A stretch of DNA of 63,804 nucleotides, the filler included, from Octopus bimaculoides (taxonomy: Eukaryota), in NCBI RefSeq assembly GCF_001194135.2. It is 10 parts of 9 records of this genome, joined end to end, with 100 filler letters (N's around TTAATTAATTAA, not from the genome) between each part and the next. Parts side by side here need not be neighbours in the genome. Positions count along the whole stretch, not along the records: positions 1 to 9,985 come from NC_068992.1; positions 10,086 to 18,495 come from NC_068988.1; 8 more parts are not named here. One strand, 5' to 3'. Below, in pieces: positions 1 through 14,039 of this stretch. The notes beneath the pieces are model-generated. The model was not told the DNA's origin. It saw nothing but the letters and a program-made list of their open reading frames with translations, and did no database searches. Made by a program: the position numbers and the translations under genes. Numbering within the stretch: the first letter of the stretch is position 1; each line of letters begins with the position of its first letter.

Positions 1-142
1 TATATGTATGTATGTATATATACATAGTTATATATACATATATTCATATATATATATATTTACATTTATATACAAATAAATATTTGCATATAATGATATA
101 TATATATATACATTTACACACATATATATTTATGTGTGTGCG

Positions 143-195
<53 letters not shown>

Positions 196-260
196 GTATA
201 CGCGAATATTTACTCATAGGTAAACAGACACACATGTACATAATGATATGTGTGCGTGTT

Positions 261-298
<38 letters not shown>

Positions 299-330
299 CA
301 TGTACTAATGCAGATGCACATAGGTACATA

Positions 331-500
331 CAGGCATGGCCTAGTCGTCAGCGTTTCAATCTGACGATACTAAATTTTTAGTTTCGATTTCCACACCAGG
401 CTCGGTTTGTGGTCTTCAGCAAAGCATACAATTTTACGCTGCTTCAGTGCACCCAGGCTAAAATGTACGGCAGAAATAGAACTCCGATGACCTGGCATTT
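331..500 (+). mobile_element. Degenerate tRNA-derived SINE (family B)
   Basis: A-box-like TGGCCTAGTCG and B-box-like GTTTCGATTTCC, followed by a body resembling the better-preserved copy at 50722-50908. Confidence 0.55.
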
Positions 501-1346
501 CTTCAGTTCATCTATCGTTACTTTTCATTAAAAAAGCCATTATCTTTTTGATATCCCATGTGCATTTTCGCTTCTTTCTTCTTACTTTCCCCATACCATT
601 TTCACGTGTAGTTTCTATTTCCTTTTTAAAACATATTTCTATTATATATATATATATATATATATATATNNNNNNNNNNNNNNNNNNNNNNNNNNNNNNN
701 NNNNNNNNNNNNNNNNNNNNNNNNNNNNNNNNNNNNNNNNNNNNNNNNNNNNNNNNNNNNNNNNNNNNNNNNNNNNNNNNNNNNNNNNNNNNNNNNNNNN
801 NNNNNNNNNNNNNNNNNNNNNNNNNNNNNNNNNNNNNNNNNNNNNNNNNNNNNNNNNNNNNNNNNNNNNNNNNNNNNNNNNNNNNNNNNNNNNNNNNNNN
901 NNNNNNNNNNNNNNNNNNNNNNNNNNNNNNNNNNNNNNNNNNNNNNNNNNNNNNNNNNNNNNNNNNNNNNNNNNNNNNNNNNNNNNNNNNNNNNNNNNNN
1001 NNNNNNNNNNNNNNNNNNNNNNNNNNNNNNNNNNNNNNNNNNNNNNNNNNNNNNNNNNNNNNNNNNNNNNNNNNNNNNNNNNNNNNNNNNNNNNNNNNNN
1101 NNNNNNNNNNNNNNNNNNNNNNNNNNNNNNNNNNNNNNNNNNNNNNNNNNNNNNNNNNNNNNNNNNNNNNNNNNNNNNNNNNNNNNNNNNNNNNNNNNNN
1201 NNNNNNNNNNNNNNNNNNNNNNNNNNNNNNNNNNNNNNNNNNNNNNNNNNNNNNNNNNNNNNNNNNNNNNNNNNNNNNNNNNNNNNNNNNNNNNNNNNNN
1301 NNNNNNNNNNNNNNNNNNNNNNNNNNNNNNNNNNNNNNNNNNNNNN

Positions 1347-1411
<65 letters not shown>

Positions 1412-2619
1412 GTGTGTGTGTGAGTGAGTGTGTATGTATATATGCGTGTATATATATATATGTTGCCTGTGTATATATATATACACATATATACATGTAT
1501 CGAGAGAAAGATAGAAAAGTGAAGGCGAAGTTGTGAAGTGGAAATATTGAAATATTAACTTTTTTGAGTCTGAGTTCACGACATGGTGTGAAATGTTTGC
1601 TTCAATGTTCGACAAATTGTGGTCCATAACATCTTGCGTGCTCATTGAAGAATGCTAATATGAGTAAGTTTGCAGCAGTCATCATCAGCTTCCCCACTAC
1701 AACGACGACCACTGAAGAAGTCTCTACTTGTGAATCTATCTACTAGCAACAGCAGCTATATACTTAAGTCTCAGTTCTGCTGCTTTAGAAACAAGGAAGG
1801 ACAGGTTATTGTGACCATTGGACTCTTCGCATTCATGTGTTTTCTCTTCTCATTCAGGTGTCTCGAATTTAAATGACAATGACCACACATGCAGCATTAT
1901 CGCCACCACCCAGGCAGCTTTATTCCTCTGTCTTCTTTTCTATCTAACCCTCATTTCATTTTCTTTTGTCTTATCGCTTTCTTTCATTGTTCTTCTCGTC
2001 TTCATCTTACTTCTTTACATATTCTTCCATTCCTCTCACACTCTCTCCCTTATTATATGTGTGTGCGTATGTATATATATGTATATACATATATACATAC
2101 ATATATCTATGTGGATATGTATGTATGTATGTATTTATCTATTATCTATCTATCTATCTATCTATATAAATATATATATANNNNNNNNNNNNNNNNNNNN
2201 NNNNNNNNNNNNNNNNNNNNNNNNNNNNNNNNNNNNNNNNNNNNNNNNNNNNNNNNNNNNNNNNNNNNNNNNNNNNNNNNNNNNNNNNNNNNNNNNNNNN
2301 NNNNNNNNNNNNNNNNNNNNNNNNNNNNNNNNNNNNNNNNNNNNNNNNNNNNNNNNNNNNNNNNNNNNNNNNNNNNNNNNNNNNNNNNNNNNNNNNNNNN
2401 NNNNNNNNNNNNNNNNNNNNNNNNNNNNNNNNNNNNNNNNNNNNNNNNNNNNNNNNNNNNNNNNNNNNNNNNNNNNNNNNNNNNNNNNNNATTTATATAT
2501 ATATATATTTATATATATATATATACATCTTTATATATATATATCCCAATTTTTTATAAATTTCATTCTCATACTCTATCAACCAATTTCGTTTTCCAAC
2601 TCTCTCTCCCCCCCTCTCT

Positions 2620-2655
<36 letters not shown>

Positions 2656-3700
2656 TTATATATATATACACATGCACACACACACATATCAGTTTTTCTC
2701 ATCACCTCTTTTGCTCTGGATTTGCTTCCTTATCTCCCTTCTTTCTCTACTTTTTTTTAAAACTTTATTTTTCATTTTCCATCGATGATTTTTTTCTTTA
2801 TATATTTTTCCCACTTTACCAAACGTAACACCATTCTCGCCCCCTTCTTTGCTTTATTTTTCCCCATCCTTCAATTCACTAGTACCCGTAACAACCAAGC
2901 TACGACTAACAATAGAACTATATCTATGTACGAGCCAGAGGATTTATCAATAGCTTACAGAACTCCCACAGAACACGACGTCGTTCGCCTCTGTTTGCTT
3001 CTATACAAAATGGCGCCATGTAAAGCTAGCGTATTATTCTGCTCCACTGATGTCAGCCGATTGACCTTTTAGCTAATGTTCCGATTGACTTTAAGATTAG
3101 TGATCAGGGATATTTAAGTATTTGTGCGTCTGCATGTATGTGTACGAGGGCATATATCTAAATGTGTAAACATAGCGGCGTGTGTAAATATATAACATAC
3201 AACACACACATGCACACACACACATGAAATGCATATATACTTACACATATACTTACGTACGTGATGTAATATTTTCCAAAAAATGTATGAAAAATCATTA
3301 AAATAACAAAAATACAGAAAAGATATTTCGCAACGCTCATAAATATACTCAAACACTTAGACAAACGCATGCATGCATGTACGCAAAACAAAAGCATATA
3401 GGCATACATACACACAGACACACACATACATATATACATATATATATATACTCACATATACATTACACACACACATGTATATGCGAGTGTGTAAGAACGT
3501 GTGCGCACGTACCTATGGTTGTGAGTGTGTGTATGTATATAGATATACGCAAACATATTACGCCTATATATACACATATATAAATAGTACATATTTTTTG
3601 TAGTTAACTCTATCTTTCTAACTCTTCATATACAAGCGTGCACACGCACACTCGCACACTCGCACTTAAATACACTATGTACATACATGCAAGCTTACAT

Positions 3701-3737
<37 letters not shown>

Positions 3738-5084
3738 AAAAACATGCCTACAAACATTCTACGTGTTTTGTGTTCACTCAATGTGTCTGAAAAGGAAAAT
3801 CTTTGTTCATAGATCTTCGGATCAGAAGAGTGATATGGTTCATTGAAACCGTTCTGGCTAATATGCCGCTTGTCCAGTTGGAAGTTATATTCTGGCAGGA
3901 ACATAAGAGAGAGAGAGAGAATGAACTTCAATTCATCGCGCTTTGTTGAAAAGAGCACTGGCGAATCATATTTACCATGAAGATAAGGAGAAGAAACAGT
4001 ATTTCAAGGAAAATAATAAACAAAACAAAATGAATACATAAATAAATGAATAAAAGAAGCAGCATCAATAGGTGGATTGAAGAGGCAGATTTAAGTTGCA
4101 GGTTGCGAGATTTGAAGATCAGAGTTCATTAAAAAATCAGTAGAAGAGATGTAGAGGAGACACAACACAACGATGGTTCAAAGAGAGAGGTTTTTTACTG
4201 CTTTTTTTCTGTAAGAATATATTTAACGACCAAGTAGATTTGCCGCCGTTGTCATCGTTGTTATTATTATCGTTTAGCTTGTGACCATCTTTGATCAAGT
4301 AGAAGTCGTCTTTGGTATAAAGCATACAGTTGCTATGGTAGTTGTTCTTGTTTAATGTTGATGTTGTCGCATTATTTTGCTGGAAACCAGCTATCTCCGA
4401 TTGTGGAGACCTATGATGAAAGACATGACAGCCGTTACAATTTCATCCCACCTTCTAAATAGTATGTCTAGGACTCCACCGTCGAACACGCTCTTCCTTC
4501 TTTTAAAAGAAAGGATATTATTGAAGGTGATTTGGCTGTTAAGTCCAGCAGGGCAACCAACCATATAATTTTCATGGGATCATTGGACATACAACCAGAG
4601 ACCAGCGAAGAATTGACTAGCTCTTTCCAGTGTTTTTGAGTAGTACACAATTGTGGGACTCGTAAATGACTCAGTAATGGTTCAAGAAGAACATATTTGT
4701 TATTACTTAGACGGTGATAGAAGAGCAATACTCATGCCCCTATAGTCTTTCTGTTTCAACGTTTTTTTTCAGGGTTTTGCAAACTGGTGACAGCGAAACA
4801 GAAGGTTATCATTAACCGGGGACGTGGTCCAAATGCTTTCAAAAGGAAGACAAGGACAAGGTGTTGGTGTTAATTTGGGTGAAACATATAAGTAAAATAC
4901 TTGAAGATGTTTCAACAAAAACTATTTTTCCGAGCAACAGCATTACACAAGTTCCGTCCAAACTTATCCGTCTATTTCTCCCTTATCTGTCTCTGCCTTT
5001 CTTCCTTTTTTCTTTCTTTCTCTCACGGTCTCTCTGTCTGTATCCCCTTAACTCAGTATAATATGATATTGGTCTCAATTTCTA

Positions 5085-5285
5085 GCACATAGCCTGCAGT
5101 TTCGGGGTAGGTGGAAAGTCAATTATATCGACACCAGTGTCCCACTAGTATCTATTTTATTGACCCCGAAAAGATGAAAGACAAATTCGTCCTCGGCGAA
5201 ATTTGAACTCAAAACATAAAGACAAACGAAATGCCGCCAGGTATTTTCCCCAGCATGCTAACGACTCTGCCAGCTCACCGCCTTA
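5085..5285 (-). mobile_element. tRNA-derived SINE (family D)
   Basis: Contains GACCCCGAAAAGATGAAAGACAAATTCGTCCTCGGCGAAATTTGAACTC ... TGCTAACGACTCTGCCAGCTCACCGCC, which recurs many times in this window. Confidence 0.85.
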
Positions 5286-5289
5286 TAAT

Positions 5290-5505
5290 ATCCTTTCTAC
5301 TATAGGTACAAGGCCTGAAATTTGGGGGAGGGGGCAAGTCGATTATATCGACCGCAGTGCGTAACTGGTACTTATTTCATTCACCTCGAAAGAATGAAAG
5401 GTAAAGTCAACCTCGGCGTAATTTGAACTCAGAAAGTAAGGACAGACGAAATACCACTGAGGATTTTGACAGGAGTGCTAACGATTCTGCCAGCTCGCAG
5501 CCTTA
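5290..5505 (-). mobile_element. tRNA-derived SINE (family D), tandem to the previous copy
   Basis: Same diagnostic blocks: ACAAGGCCTGAAATTTGGGGGAGGGG, TTTGAACTCAGAA, TGCTAACGATTCTGCCAGCTCG. Confidence 0.85.
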
Positions 5506-7159
5506 TAAAGTGATTTAATCTTAGATCATATTTCTATTCGAAGATACACACGGAGATTTATTCGTTTCATTCATTTTTACATCCGTTTTTCCATGCTTAC
5601 ATGGGTCTTGACCGGTTGATCCTTTGTTTTCGAGACGTTCCAATACGGTGTGACCTGTCCAACCAGCTAAAATCACTGAGGCTAAATGTAAAGTGTTGAA
5701 GCAAACAGTTGAGGATATATATACCATTAACAATTGATCAAATGACGAATTAATAAAAGGTCGGTAACTTAAATTGCGGTGAAGACTGGAAATTTATAAC
5801 TTTTCGTACGGAACAAAGAATAGAGAAAAATGAAGGCGTGGTTGGACATTGGTCCGTCTGTTGGCAGTAAATGAAGTGGGGAGACACAGTGTAGGATTGA
5901 TGTTGTTACTATGTTTTTCATCTGTCGGTGGTAAATCACCAAGTCTGCGAATACAATCCGATATATCACGAACTACGCTTTACAGTGACTAACGAAACTA
6001 AAGACACACATATGCACACACAGAAATACACATGTATATATGTATATGTAAGTGTAAATATTTTATACATATATGTATATGTGTATATAAATAATGTGCA
6101 CATATATACGTATTAATGTGTGTAAGCATGCTTGTAGGTATGCGTATGAATGTATGTATGTATGTATGTATGTATGTATGTATGTATGTACGAGCATACA
6201 TTCATTTATATTCCATCTCTGCTTCCCACACACACCCTCTCTCACTTTCTTCTCATTTATATCTACCAAAGGAATAAATTTTATGGAATAACAATAGAAC
6301 AATTGGGCTCACAATCAGCTTTGCCATTACTTTGCTTCAATTTCCGGTTGACTTTGTTTCAATTCTTGTACTGGAAGATAAACCAACAACATTATCTACA
6401 ACACATACAATACTTCCTGAAGTTTCTGTAGATACCATTTTCCGAAGCAGACCTTTCTCTAATTTCTTGAAATTCTCTATTTCGTTAATCTATCACCACG
6501 AATCATTTAAGGACTTAGCAATATCATTTATATTTTGTTTTCAAATCTCATCATCAACTCTTCAGCTATCAAAAGAGAGCTATTCAAACTATCTGTCTTA
6601 TGTAAATGTCTCTTTTATGAGGTAGGTGTATTCATTAATTGATTGTTATTTACTTCTCACTTCCTCACGTGCTAGTAATCTACCTCGCATCCTCACTTTA
6701 CGTACGTCCCTCTTCTCTAGCACTTTTAATGATAACACCAATCGCTCTCTCCTTCCCTCCATCTCTCCATCTCTCCTTTCTCTTTAATACGTTCATCGCT
6801 ATTATCTTTAATATTTCATTCTAAAGATCGCTCTTCTATCATATATACACACTCTAAAAACAATTTTATGGCTACCGTGTAAGACTGTGAAATATATTGC
6901 TCACGTGACCTTACATTTAATTAAGGAACAAAATAGCGTCCATGTATACTCACACAAACACACAAAGAGCTACACAAAAATATCTTACTTAGAAAGTGAC
7001 ACGCACACACACTTATAGACTGACATGAATACACATTCATACATACTCGCATAATATACATACAAACACATCTACACACGTGCATACACATATGAGCAGA
7101 TGGAAATATATGTAAGCATGGATTGAAATATATATATATTATGTATGGATGAGTCTGTG

Positions 7160-7201
<42 letters not shown>

Positions 7202-7333
7202 TGTGCGTACGTGCGTGTGTGTGTGTATGTGTGTGTGTATATATGTGCATGCGTATATATATACGTATATATTTATGTATATGTGTATATAAGTATGTGA
7301 ATGTATATGTGTACGTATACACACACACAGACG

Positions 7334-7401
<68 letters not shown>

Positions 7402-8559
7402 GATATACACACACATATATGTAGACGTGCATAAGTACATATGTATTTTAGCGTTCAAAACGTGCGTGATTGTGTGCATTTGCGTGTTGATCAGAAATTA
7501 TTATATTAAATATTCAAGATCATAATTGAATATTGAAATATATCAAGTAAACGGAAATCAGGAATGATAAGCAGTTAATGGATTTCTCATAAAATGCAAA
7601 CATCAGGTTTTGTGGGGATGAGAACATATGATGTTACGACACATGAAAGCATCTACCTTCTGGTACTGGAAGTGAAGCAACTTTAAACGGAAATTGAAAC
7701 AATGTGAAGGCACAGCTCCTTCTGGCCCCAATTGTTCTCCCATACAACTTGCTATATTCCTTTATCGCTCATATGTGGAGAGACAATGAGAGAGAGGAAG
7801 AGAAGCAGAGAGACAGAATATAATTGTATATATGCAATTGCATATATACAATTATATGTGTATGTACATATTTCTCGCTATATGTGTACGTGCGCCCGCG
7901 CATACAGACACGTAGATAGGTATAGACGTATATACAGATAGATTGATGGATGCATCATTGCTTAGACACGCGCACAAGACTCATAATATGACCACTCCTA
8001 CATGACACCAAAAGTACTGTTAAAATATAGAGAACATGGAAGAAGTTTAGCATATCATGTGATCCACGTATGTAATGACGTTCACGCTTGCTCACATGCA
8101 TGCGCACGCACATCAGATTTCTATACACTTGTGAAAGTAATCTTTTACTTTGTTTCAGTCATTTGACTGTGGCCATGCTGGAGCACCGCCTTTTAGACAT
8201 GATCCATCGACGCACAAACATACATAAATGCATACATACGCACGTACGTACACACACAGACATACACACTTATCTGTGTGTGTGTGAGACAGTGAGGTAG
8301 AGTACATTTAATTAATAGATATATGAAAAAATCTTATCTGCACGCGTATAAGCCACGTAGGTAGATTGCAACTTTGCTGCACGGTCTTTCAGAAATCTTA
8401 ACCAATTCATCCTCAGATCACTATGTGACAGCATCGTTGTTACGTTTTCTATCACTTTCTATCTGTCTCCACTCTCATGTGCATTTATACTCTTCGTATA
8501 GCAGTTATTCATATACCATTCTGAATCATATAAAAGAATAGAAGAATACAAACGCAGAT

Positions 8560-8614
<55 letters not shown>

Positions 8615-10085
8615 AACGCCCACACATACATGCACACATACTCACATACATCTATATGTATATGTCTCTCTCTCTCTCTATGGATGTATATATATATATA
8701 TATATATATTATTATTATTATTATTACAATTAAAAGGGTAAAGGATTATCAATTTATTAATAAATTAATAATTNNNNNNNNNNNNNNNNNNNNNNNNNNN
8801 NNNNNNNNNNNNNNNNNNNNNNNNNNNNNNNNNNNNNNNNNNNNNNNNNNNNNNNNNNNNNNNNNNNNNNNNNNNNNNNNNNNNNNNNNNNNNNNNNNNN
8901 NNNNNNNNNNNNNNNNNNNNNNNNNNNNNNNNNNNNNNNNNNNNNNNNNNNNNNNNNNNNNNNNNNNNNNNNNNNNNNNNNNNNNNNNNNNNNNNNNNNN
9001 NNNNNNNNNNNNNNNNNNNNNNNNNNNNNNNNNNNNNNNNNNNNNNNNNNNNNNNNNNNNNNNNNNNNNNNNNNNNNNNNNNNNNNNNNNNNNNNNNNNN
9101 NNNNNNNNNNNNNNNNNNNNNNNNNNNNNNNNNNNNNNNNNNNNNNNNNNNNNNNNNNNNNNNNNNNNNNNNNNNNNNNNNNNNNNNNNNNNNNNNNNNN
9201 NNNNNNNNNNNNNNNNNNNNNNNNNNNNNNNNNNNNNNNNNNNNNNNNNNNNNNNNNNNNNNNNNNNNNNNNNNNNNNNNNNNNNNNNNNNNNNNNNNNN
9301 NNNNNNNNNNNNNNNNNNNNNNNNNNNNNNNNNNNNNNNNNNNNNNNNNNNNNNNNNNNNNNNNNNNNNNNNNNNNNNNNNNNNNNNNNNNNNNNNNNNN
9401 NNNNNNNNNNNNNNNNNTATATATATATATATATATATGTATGTATATATGTATGTATGTATGTATGTATGTGTGTATGTATGTATGTATGCATGTATAC
9501 AGGTGCAGTTATACAGCTAAATAGTCATGTATAGCCATAAGTCAAATAGAATTAGACACCAGAACTCTGAACTGAGATGAAAAAATGATTAAAGCAAAAC
9601 GTGTATTTAGTACAGATATATTTCTATAGTGTCTTGCAGTACTTCTCTTTCTACCATTAGTTTACACATCAAAGTGGAAGTTAATAATACCATGAAAGAA
9701 AACAATTTTATACACGAATTTTAAAATTAAATTGAGTTTTAATTCAATAATGAGATATGTTGTAGATTAAAATCTGAAGGACATTAATTTCGACGAATTC
9801 GTTGCTATATTTTACAGATGTATTAGACGAGATTTTAAGATCATTACTTCTAAATTGTATATCTACGCATATGCACACACATACATACATATGCATATAT
9901 GTGTGTATGTGCGTGTGCATGTGTGAGCGTGTCTGAGTGTGTGTGTGTATTTGCATATGTATGTAAATATATATGGATATATATANNNNNNNNNNNNNNN
10001 NNNNNNNNNNNNNNNNNNNNNNNNNNNNNTTAATTAATTAANNNNNNNNNNNNNNNNNNNNNNNNNNNNNNNNNNNNNNNNNNNN

Positions 10086-10131
<46 letters not shown>

Positions 10132-10405
10132 TGTTTGTGTATTGTCAGGAGAGTTATAGAAGGGGGTACTGAAAAGATTTATCAGGGCTATGTTAATTTC
10201 TATGTTAACATTTCAGTCTTGCATCTAAATCACTAGAGTTCCGTGCCAAGTGAACGCAATGAGCAGATGAACTTTTATTCTCTCTTTTAAAACTTTAACC
10301 GATCACACAATTTATGGTCATTGCATGTGATTAGCTTTCTTGTGTGAATGCCAAGTATCGTTATTGATTAACTAAGATCTAGGAGTCACCGCAATATATT
10401 GCCGG

Positions 10406-10438
<33 letters not shown>

Positions 10439-10659
10439 TACAAACACGCATACACACAATACACACATACGCACGCACACACATAGCACCACCAATCAGA
10501 GATAAGAACTAAAGAACTTGTAACACACCTCCAACTAAAAATGTAGTTTATTAGAAAATAAGGCTGCTTATCCGATTATCGCTGTTCTTCGCGCGGGTGT
10601 TAAAGTCCTACAAGGCAACTGCGAAATTTTAAACATTAACATACTAATATGTATCTCTC

Positions 10660-10702
<43 letters not shown>

Positions 10703-10705
<3 letters not shown>

Positions 10706-10942
10706 CAGCGTGATACAGTGTGATAAGGCTGACCCTTTGAATTACAGGCACAGGAAGTAAGAGTGAGAGAAAGTTGTGGTGAAAGAGTACAGCAGGGTTC
10801 GCCACCATCACCTGCTGGAGCCTCGTGGAGCTTTTAGGTGTTTTCGCTCAATAAACACTCACAACGCCCGGTCTGGGAATCGAAACTGCGATCCTATGAC
10901 CGCGAGTCCGCTGCCCTAACCACTGGGCCATTGCGCCTCCAC
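10703..10942 (-). mobile_element. tRNA-derived SINE (family C)
   Basis: Minus-strand head GTGGAGGCGCAATGGCCCAGTGGTTAGGGCAGCGGACTCGCGGTCATAGGATCGCAGTTTCGATTCCCAGACC carries A and B boxes. A non-tRNA body follows and ends in (CA)n. Confidence 0.8.
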
Positions 10943-11374
10943 ACATATGCAATAGAGTACAATATAATATAAACATTTCAGTTTTATTCTATACTTGCGA
11001 ATGTACCTAGATCTTAATTATATTAAGATCTAAAAGATCGTTTAAACCGGTACGGAAGCACCTGGTCGAAGACTCAGCTGTATTGATAAGGACGAGACAA
11101 TCTCTCCGTTAGGAGTTCAGAGGCTACCAAAACACCAACGATACAACTGGATACAACTGCGATACAACAAGAAGTAAACAATGGTAGCTGATCTGGTGGT
11201 ATCTTTATTTGTGCCAAATTGAATGCTGTACGTTAACGGAGCACTTTGTTGGAATAATTATCATGGTCGAACTTATTTTACAGATACGTACATACGTGTC
11301 TTGTTTCGCCGAAGCGACACTGTCCACATTTTCCATCTTATATGTATCTTTTGTTTTCCTTTTTTATTCTTGCT

Positions 11375-11825
11375 CAAGTCATTGGACAGCAGCCGCACTG
11401 GAGCACTGCTTTGGAAGATTTTAGCCAAACAAATGGACTCCACTACTTATGTTTTTGTTTTTAGGTCTGGTACGTATTCGATCAGGCTCTTTTGCCGAAC
11501 CGCAAAGTTATATGGGACGTAGGCAAAGCAGCACCGGTTGTTAAGCGGTAGGGAAATGACAATCACAGACACAAAGACACACACATACTGACTCAAACGC
11601 GTAGACATATATACGGACACGGTCGAGCGCGTGCGCACACACAAATGAAACCGGTGTATGTATGTATGTATGTATACATGTATGTATGTATACATGTATG
11701 TATGTAAAAAGCATGGTTTTATTTTACCCAATTCATCCACAAGGCGTTGACTGACCCGGAGCTATAGTAGAAGACTATAGATCCACTACTCCAAGCGTCG
11801 TGCAGTGGGACTAAACCCGAAACCC
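11375..11825 (-). mobile_element. Degenerate SINE family A (tail 11375-11590, head 11725-11825, internal microsatellite)
   Basis: TTTTGCCGAACCGCAAAGTTAT, GCACCGGTTGTTAAGCG and GCTATAGTAGAAGAC match the family A copy at 26477-26870. Confidence 0.75.
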
Positions 11826-12417
11826 AAATATCTGAACCCCCCNNNNNNNNNNAAAAAAAAAAAAAACAGGGATCTACAATTTACATATGACTCATTCATT
11901 TACTTATGCTCACTCACTTAACCAAATATTTAAATTAAATTTAACATAAGTACTATCATTACATCTTCTAATACTTAACACAAATTCACTAAAATAAAAC
12001 TGAAAAATATAGATTAAAAATGAACAGTATTAACTAACATGTAACAGCTTCTATAACAACTAATATAAGCTTTTTATAAAATCTAAAACTATAAAATCTA
12101 AAACTATAAAATTTAAATGTTGCCCCTGCCAACACAAAATTTTAAATGATTCTTAATCATTATTGATTAAATGTGACTGCAATAAAGTACTGTGTACTTC
12201 ATTTCAATCGTATTTAGCCACATCCAACAACTATTTCAACTATAACGATATAAATAATACCATTCATTCTAACACCCAGAAAAATGCCTGAACTGATTTA
12301 ATTATAGCAATGCACTATGTATGCACCGTAGGGCACGAAGAACAGCCCACAAACACATACTATATCCATCATCGTACTATTTCCATATTTGGCACGTTCT
12401 CTCCCTTCGCCTGTCAC

Positions 12418-13470
12418 ATTATTATTTTTATTATTTCATATTCGCACAACAGATTAAACTGTTGGAAAAAAATCCAAACATCGGGCTACAAGTAACCTTA
12501 AATGCCAAGAACCTTCCTAAGTATCTTAGCTGTCCCTATTAACACTATTTTCTGGAGCTGCACTAAACTAGGTTTTATGCCTATTTCCTCTATCCATCTG
12601 TTCAAGTCTTTAGGGATAGTTACTAATGCACCTACAACTACAGGGATACCTTTTACTCACACTTTCCATAACCTCTGTAACTCAATGGTTAGGTCCTGGT
12701 ACTTTGCTACTTTCTCTATACCTCTCATACTATTTGGAATTGTCAAGTCAGTTGCCTGGCACTTTTAGTCTCTGCTTTCTAGCTTCTAGATAGAAGACAG
12801 GCCTTCTAGCTTTTATTACTCTGTCAGTTTGAACGTTAAAGTTCCACATCTTATATTTCTTACTTTCTAGCATTTTACCAGGTTCATACCACTTACCACT
12901 ATGGTCAAATCCTAGATTTCTACATAACTCCCAGTGGATTGTTCTCCCTAGATTGTCACGTCTTTTCTTGTATTCTTTTTTTTTTTTTGGCAATATTCTG
13001 CACTCACTAACTATATGAGTAACACTTTCTTCCTTCAGTGGGAATCTAACTGATTTTTGTCTATCTTGGCTTTTATCTAATTATTCCTCAATGCTTGATC
13101 TTGTGCTGCTACTAACAAATTTTCTGTCTCACTTTTCGGCCTTCCTTTCTGCAACCACAGCCTTATCTCACTGTTACTATTTTTTATCACTATCTTTGGA
13201 AATCTACCATGCAAAGCCTTCTCTTGCCCGTCAGATAATCTTTCTTCTTTTTCAGATTTTTAACTTCATTTGTTTCCCTATCTCTGACCGTTACTCTAGC
13301 AGCTCTTAATAAAATGTCCACACTATTACCTACATAGGAGGCTAGCTAACTTCACACAGTCTTCAACTGGTATTGAACCTCTACCACCATCCTTTCTGTC
13401 TAGATTTATTAATTCAAATTTTGTTCAATATACAGAAGCTGCCAAATATCTAAGTAGCGATAGTGTCCAA
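12418..13470 (-). mobile_element. R4/Dong-like non-LTR retrotransposon, 5'-truncated (RLE C-terminus, 3' UTR, TAA-rich tail), copy 1
   Basis: Broken minus-strand frames read RKDGGRGSIPVEDCV, IHWELCRNLGFDHSGKWYE, WNFNVQTDRVIKARRP and KVAKYQDLTIELQRLW...PVVVGAL...QKIVLIGTAKILRKVLGI*. These are typical of the R4-clade zinc-knuckle/RLE C-terminus. Confidence 0.85.
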
Positions 13471-13980
13471 TTATTATTATTATTATTTTCCGATATTTCC
13501 ATCTTCCGGCCGAGTCTCAACCAGAGACCTAAGGCACGTATATATTAGATGGAGAGAAACTTCCTGAGAATGTGGACGGTTGATGTCAACACATTTTTTG
13601 TCTCATAGACTGTTAGTTTCCCAAAGTTCTGGTAAAAAATTTTGTCATCTTTCTTGATCAACCCTTGGGTACCTCCAACAAGGACGGTTTGGGTTTTAAT
13701 CGCCACATCCTTATATTTCAACAGATTTTCAAATTCCTTTGCTGAGATGTTTCCATCGAAAAGCATTGTCATATCAATTGGCAGGCATGCTTTTTGTCTT
13801 AGGTCTTTGCTGACAATGTCTGGTCGGTTATCATTTATTTACTTGTCTGTATGTATCCTATGATCCCATAGGATGATAACATTCTCTCCCTCAGTGACTC
13901 GCTCTTGATAGTTGTTCATACCAGTTTTTATGGTGCGGGATATCATAGTGCTGGCATATTATCCAGTGCAAGTATTGGCC
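13471..13980 (-). mobile_element. R4/Dong-like non-LTR retrotransposon 3' fragment, copy 2
   Basis: ICQHYDIPHHKNWYE...VIILWDHRIHTDK...RPDIVSKD...DMTMLFDGNISAKEFENLLKYKD...STVHILRKFLSI*, then a 3' UTR and (TAA)n at 13471-13487. Confidence 0.85.
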
Positions 13981-13981
13981 A

Positions 13982-14039
<58 letters not shown>

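Noticed and set aside
6290-6625. 97-aa plus-strand ORF ending at AG|GTAGGT
   Set aside because: No good acceptor and no recognisable domain; an ORF of this length is plausible by chance.
10030-10041. TTAATTAATTAA inside N runs, recurring at about 18540, 26087, 29467, 43098, 50605, 58661, 60925 and 62618
   Set aside because: It is always embedded in fixed-length N blocks and puts stops in all six frames; it is a scaffolding linker, not biology.
10870-10942. tRNA gene calls at SINE heads (also 50830-50908 and 52147-52204)
   Set aside because: A and B boxes are present, but acceptor stems do not close and the sequence continues into repeat bodies. They are treated as tRNA-derived heads.
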